This document shows positions 61,722 through 64,000 of a stretch of DNA of 64,000 nt, piece by piece. The notes under the pieces are model-generated. The model saw only the letters and a list, made by a program, of their open reading frames with translations. It made no database searches and was not told where the DNA came from. The stretch's first letter is position 1. Every line of letters starts with the position of its first letter. Origin of the DNA: Blastocystis sp. subtype 4 (taxonomy: Eukaryota); NCBI RefSeq assembly GCF_000743755.1, contig NW_014569524.1:1-64000 (forward strand). The letters are read 5' to 3'. Position numbers and translations under genes: made by a program.

Positions 61722-63239
61722 CTACTTTGGCTTCACACTTTGAAACCACTGGGCAATTTGGTTGTCATACTTCTCTAGATTTGCCACTGTCCATTGCTCA
61801 TAGGTTGTGGCATCAACAGCAGATTTTGCCTTCTTCAGCCAATCAACACTCGATTCCACTCCTTTATATCTCTGTAAGAAGGTGAGATAACTGGAAATAT
61901 GTGTCTGAAGTGTCATGAATGCCTTCTGTCGAGCATCAATCGTTACTGTGGGAATCGGTTGTTTTTGCACACGTTGTGATGAAGAAGACAGAGTTAGTGG
62001 AGAGGACTGTGTGATAGATGGATGGGGAGCTCCACCAGTCCGGCTCCGATCTAAAACCATAGTCGATGTCAATGAACTTAGAGAGATCTTCCGCACAGAT
62101 AGTAGCTTGGGAGCTTGAGAACATGCACCAATAACGGTGACAGTATCAGCACAGTCAACTACTGGGAACAAGGAAGTTGCAAACGAAGTCTGAATGGCTT
62201 GTCGAATAGCAGGGATATGCGAGCAACCACCAACAAGTAGAATCGGAAGATGATCAGCATTCGGAAGATAGGACTTAATACAATCTTTACACATTTGAAC
62301 TACTCCTGAACGAACAGCCTTTATTGCTTCTGAAAACATATCTCGTGTTATTTCACAATCATCTTCATCAGAATCCCCAAAAACACTCAAATCAAGAGAT
62401 GTCGACAGAACCTCACTCAAACTGATTTTTAGTTTTTCAATCCTATTATATAACTGACAATACTTTATTGAATCCCTGTTTACAGCTTTACTGACTTCTT
62501 CCATTTTCATCAGCATAGACCTAATACTTTCAGTTATGACAGATCCATTTGCATTCTCATTGGTTACAGTATTAACAACCGATGGAACTTCTTGAACGAT
62601 ATGCAACAAGGAAGAATAAAACTGGCCACCTCCGCAATTACAAACCATCATATATTCTGGAATCACCATATCTACCTTTAGAAACCCATAGTATGTAGCA
62701 AGTGGTTCCGATATCATCTTCACTTCCTCAAAACCAGTCGCAGATGCAGCCCTCGTGAGTGCAGATCTCTGAGAATCGGAAAAATATGGAGGAACCGTTA
62801 AAAGAACACGACGGATTGTAACCCCTTTTAGAAACACATCAATTCGGTGTCTTAATGTCGACATTAACGCTACAAGAGTCTCCTCAATCGTCACGATACG
62901 ATTGCCATTCTCTGTTTTGGGATAATAAAACGGATTACCTTGTTTATCCGAATAGATATAATAAGAATAATCCGAATACTTGAAATCCATGGATCCAGGC
63001 CTTAAAGTCGTTCCAATATAGGTTTTCACTTCATACACATTACTTAGTGGATTCTTGCATCCCTGTTGAATAGCTTGTGTCCCTGCATAATAAGAATTTG
63101 AAGAATAGGATAACAGGGAAGGAATATAAGAATGTTCCGCATCACAAGGAACAACGGTTGGCTCTCCGTCAACAAACACAGAGACTCTGCACCTATCTGT
63201 TCCAATATCGATAGCACAATAATCCACTTCAGTATTCAT
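61722..63239 (-). CDS. Divergent Hsp70-family protein (ATPase domain only, no canonical substrate-binding domain), intronless
   Basis: AIDIGT, IPSLLSY, LTVPPYFSDSQRSAL, ISEPLA, IEKLKISLS, LLVGGCSHIP; then a Ser/Thr-rich linker and short helical tail. Confidence 0.82.
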   Translation of the reverse strand: MNTEVDYCAIDIGTDRCRVSVFVDGEPTVVPCDAEHSYIPSLLSYSSNSYYAGTQAIQQGCKNPLSNVYEVKTYIGTTLRPGSMDFKYSDYSYYIYSDKQGNPFYYPKTENGNRIVTIEETLVALMSTLRHRIDVFLKGVTIRRVLLTVPPYFSDSQRSALTRAASATGFEEVKMISEPLATYYGFLKVDMVIPEYMMVCNCGGGQFYSSLLHIVQEVPSVVNTVTNENANGSVITESIRSMLMKMEEVSKAVNRDSIKYCQLYNRIEKLKISLSEVLSTSLDLSVFGDSDEDDCEITRDMFSEAIKAVRSGVVQMCKDCIKSYLPNADHLPILLVGGCSHIPAIRQAIQTSFATSLFPVVDCADTVTVIGACSQAPKLLSVRKISLSSLTSTMVLDRSRTGGAPHPSITQSSPLTLSSSSQRVQKQPIPTVTIDARQKAFMTLQTHISSYLTFLQRYKGVESSVDWLKKAKSAVDATTYEQWTVANLEKYDNQIAQWFQSVKPK

Positions 63240-63300
63240 CCTTATAACGAAATGTATGTGTATCCAAACAAAGCCATAATAAAAACAATAGAAGATAAAC

Positions 63301-64000
63301 TTACGAACTTCCTAAATATTGTCGTAGCTGCTCATGAAGAGAACGAATGTAATTTAGACTGTTTTCGGAAGCTCCCTGAAACAAACTATTTGATGCAATC
63401 TTCTTCAGCTTTTCCAGGTAATTCATGACAGAATCAATATCACTCGAGTATTGCTTCTCCTTCAGATTCTTCATGGTTCTCGTAACATCACATAAAAGTG
63501 GTTCAATTACCATAAACTTCTCTCTTTCAGAAGAAGGAAGTGCACAATAGTAATGACATGTTAGCTGCCTTCCTTCGCACTCCATATGCAATTCACCACA
63601 TGGATCAAACGTAACCAGTATCTCAACTGTACCTCTTGGAAGAGATTCCACATCGAGAGAAAGGAATGCCTTCAACAAATCATTCTCATTCTGCCATAGG
63701 GTAATACGTTTGGTATTACTTCCTAGATCCAAACGGACACACTTTTGTACGTCACATGAAGTCCCTCGCTGTAATAGTAATGTAGTTGAAGAAGAGTCGA
63801 TTTGATAATAAATATCCATAAGTGAATAATTTTGAACGACAATACGTCTTGAATTGAGCCGAAACTCATTCATACCAATCTGAGCGGCTCCTTCAGCAAT
63901 CACTGTATCCGCATTCTTCAATTTAATTACAGGGATATTTGTAAATCGCGTTTGAATACGATCAGCAAAGAGAGGAATATGAGAACAACCTCCTATCAGT
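63301..64000 (-). CDS. Second divergent Hsp70-family protein, 5' part outside the window
   Basis: LIGGCSHIP...ADTVIAEGAA, followed by a degenerate beta-sandwich-like region (TLLLQRGT...ITLWQ...VEILVTFDPCGELHM). Confidence 0.75.
   Translation of the reverse strand, partial: LIGGCSHIPLFADRIQTRFTNIPVIKLKNADTVIAEGAAQIGMNEFRLNSRRIVVQNYSLMDIYYQIDSSSTTLLLQRGTSCDVQKCVRLDLGSNTKRITLWQNENDLLKAFLSLDVESLPRGTVEILVTFDPCGELHMECEGRQLTCHYYCALPSSEREKFMVIEPLLCDVTRTMKNLKEKQYSSDIDSVMNYLEKLKKIASNSLFQGASENSLNYIRSLHEQLRQYLGSS

Noticed and set aside
1..64000. Alternative genetic code or widespread pseudogenes suggested by fragmented ORFs
   Set aside because: Breaks are resolved by ~30 nt introns, and long exons read normally in the standard code.

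Overview
Gene-dense eukaryotic (not prokaryotic) nuclear DNA. It holds about 36 protein genes, mostly broken by ~28-35 nt GT-AG introns, plus one tRNA-Pro(AGG). Intergenic gaps are often under 150 nt and a TGTTTGTT-like element sits just after almost every gene end. These are hallmarks of Blastocystis (stramenopile gut protist); that assignment is inferred, not database-checked. Gene models below were spliced by eye, so the ORF track fragments are exons. Most genes are housekeeping (trafficking, Pol III, ribosome, kinetochore, cohesin loader). Highlights: (1) six to seven genes whose stop codon appears to be completed by polyadenylation; (2) a 15-16 bp quasi-palindromic TGTTT-N5/6-AAACA element shared by 9 of 10 convergent gene pairs, which also exposed a U1-C-like gene missing from the ORF track; (3) three U12-type introns (two AT-AC, one probable AT-AG); (4) an Ffh M-domain-only (MAP67-like) organelle-targeted protein; (5) a catalytically dead legumain; (6) a large PA14/Ig-like surface protein frameshifted by a 29-bp tandem duplication; (7) several unusual domain architectures. 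No mobile elements, CRISPR arrays or rRNA were seen.
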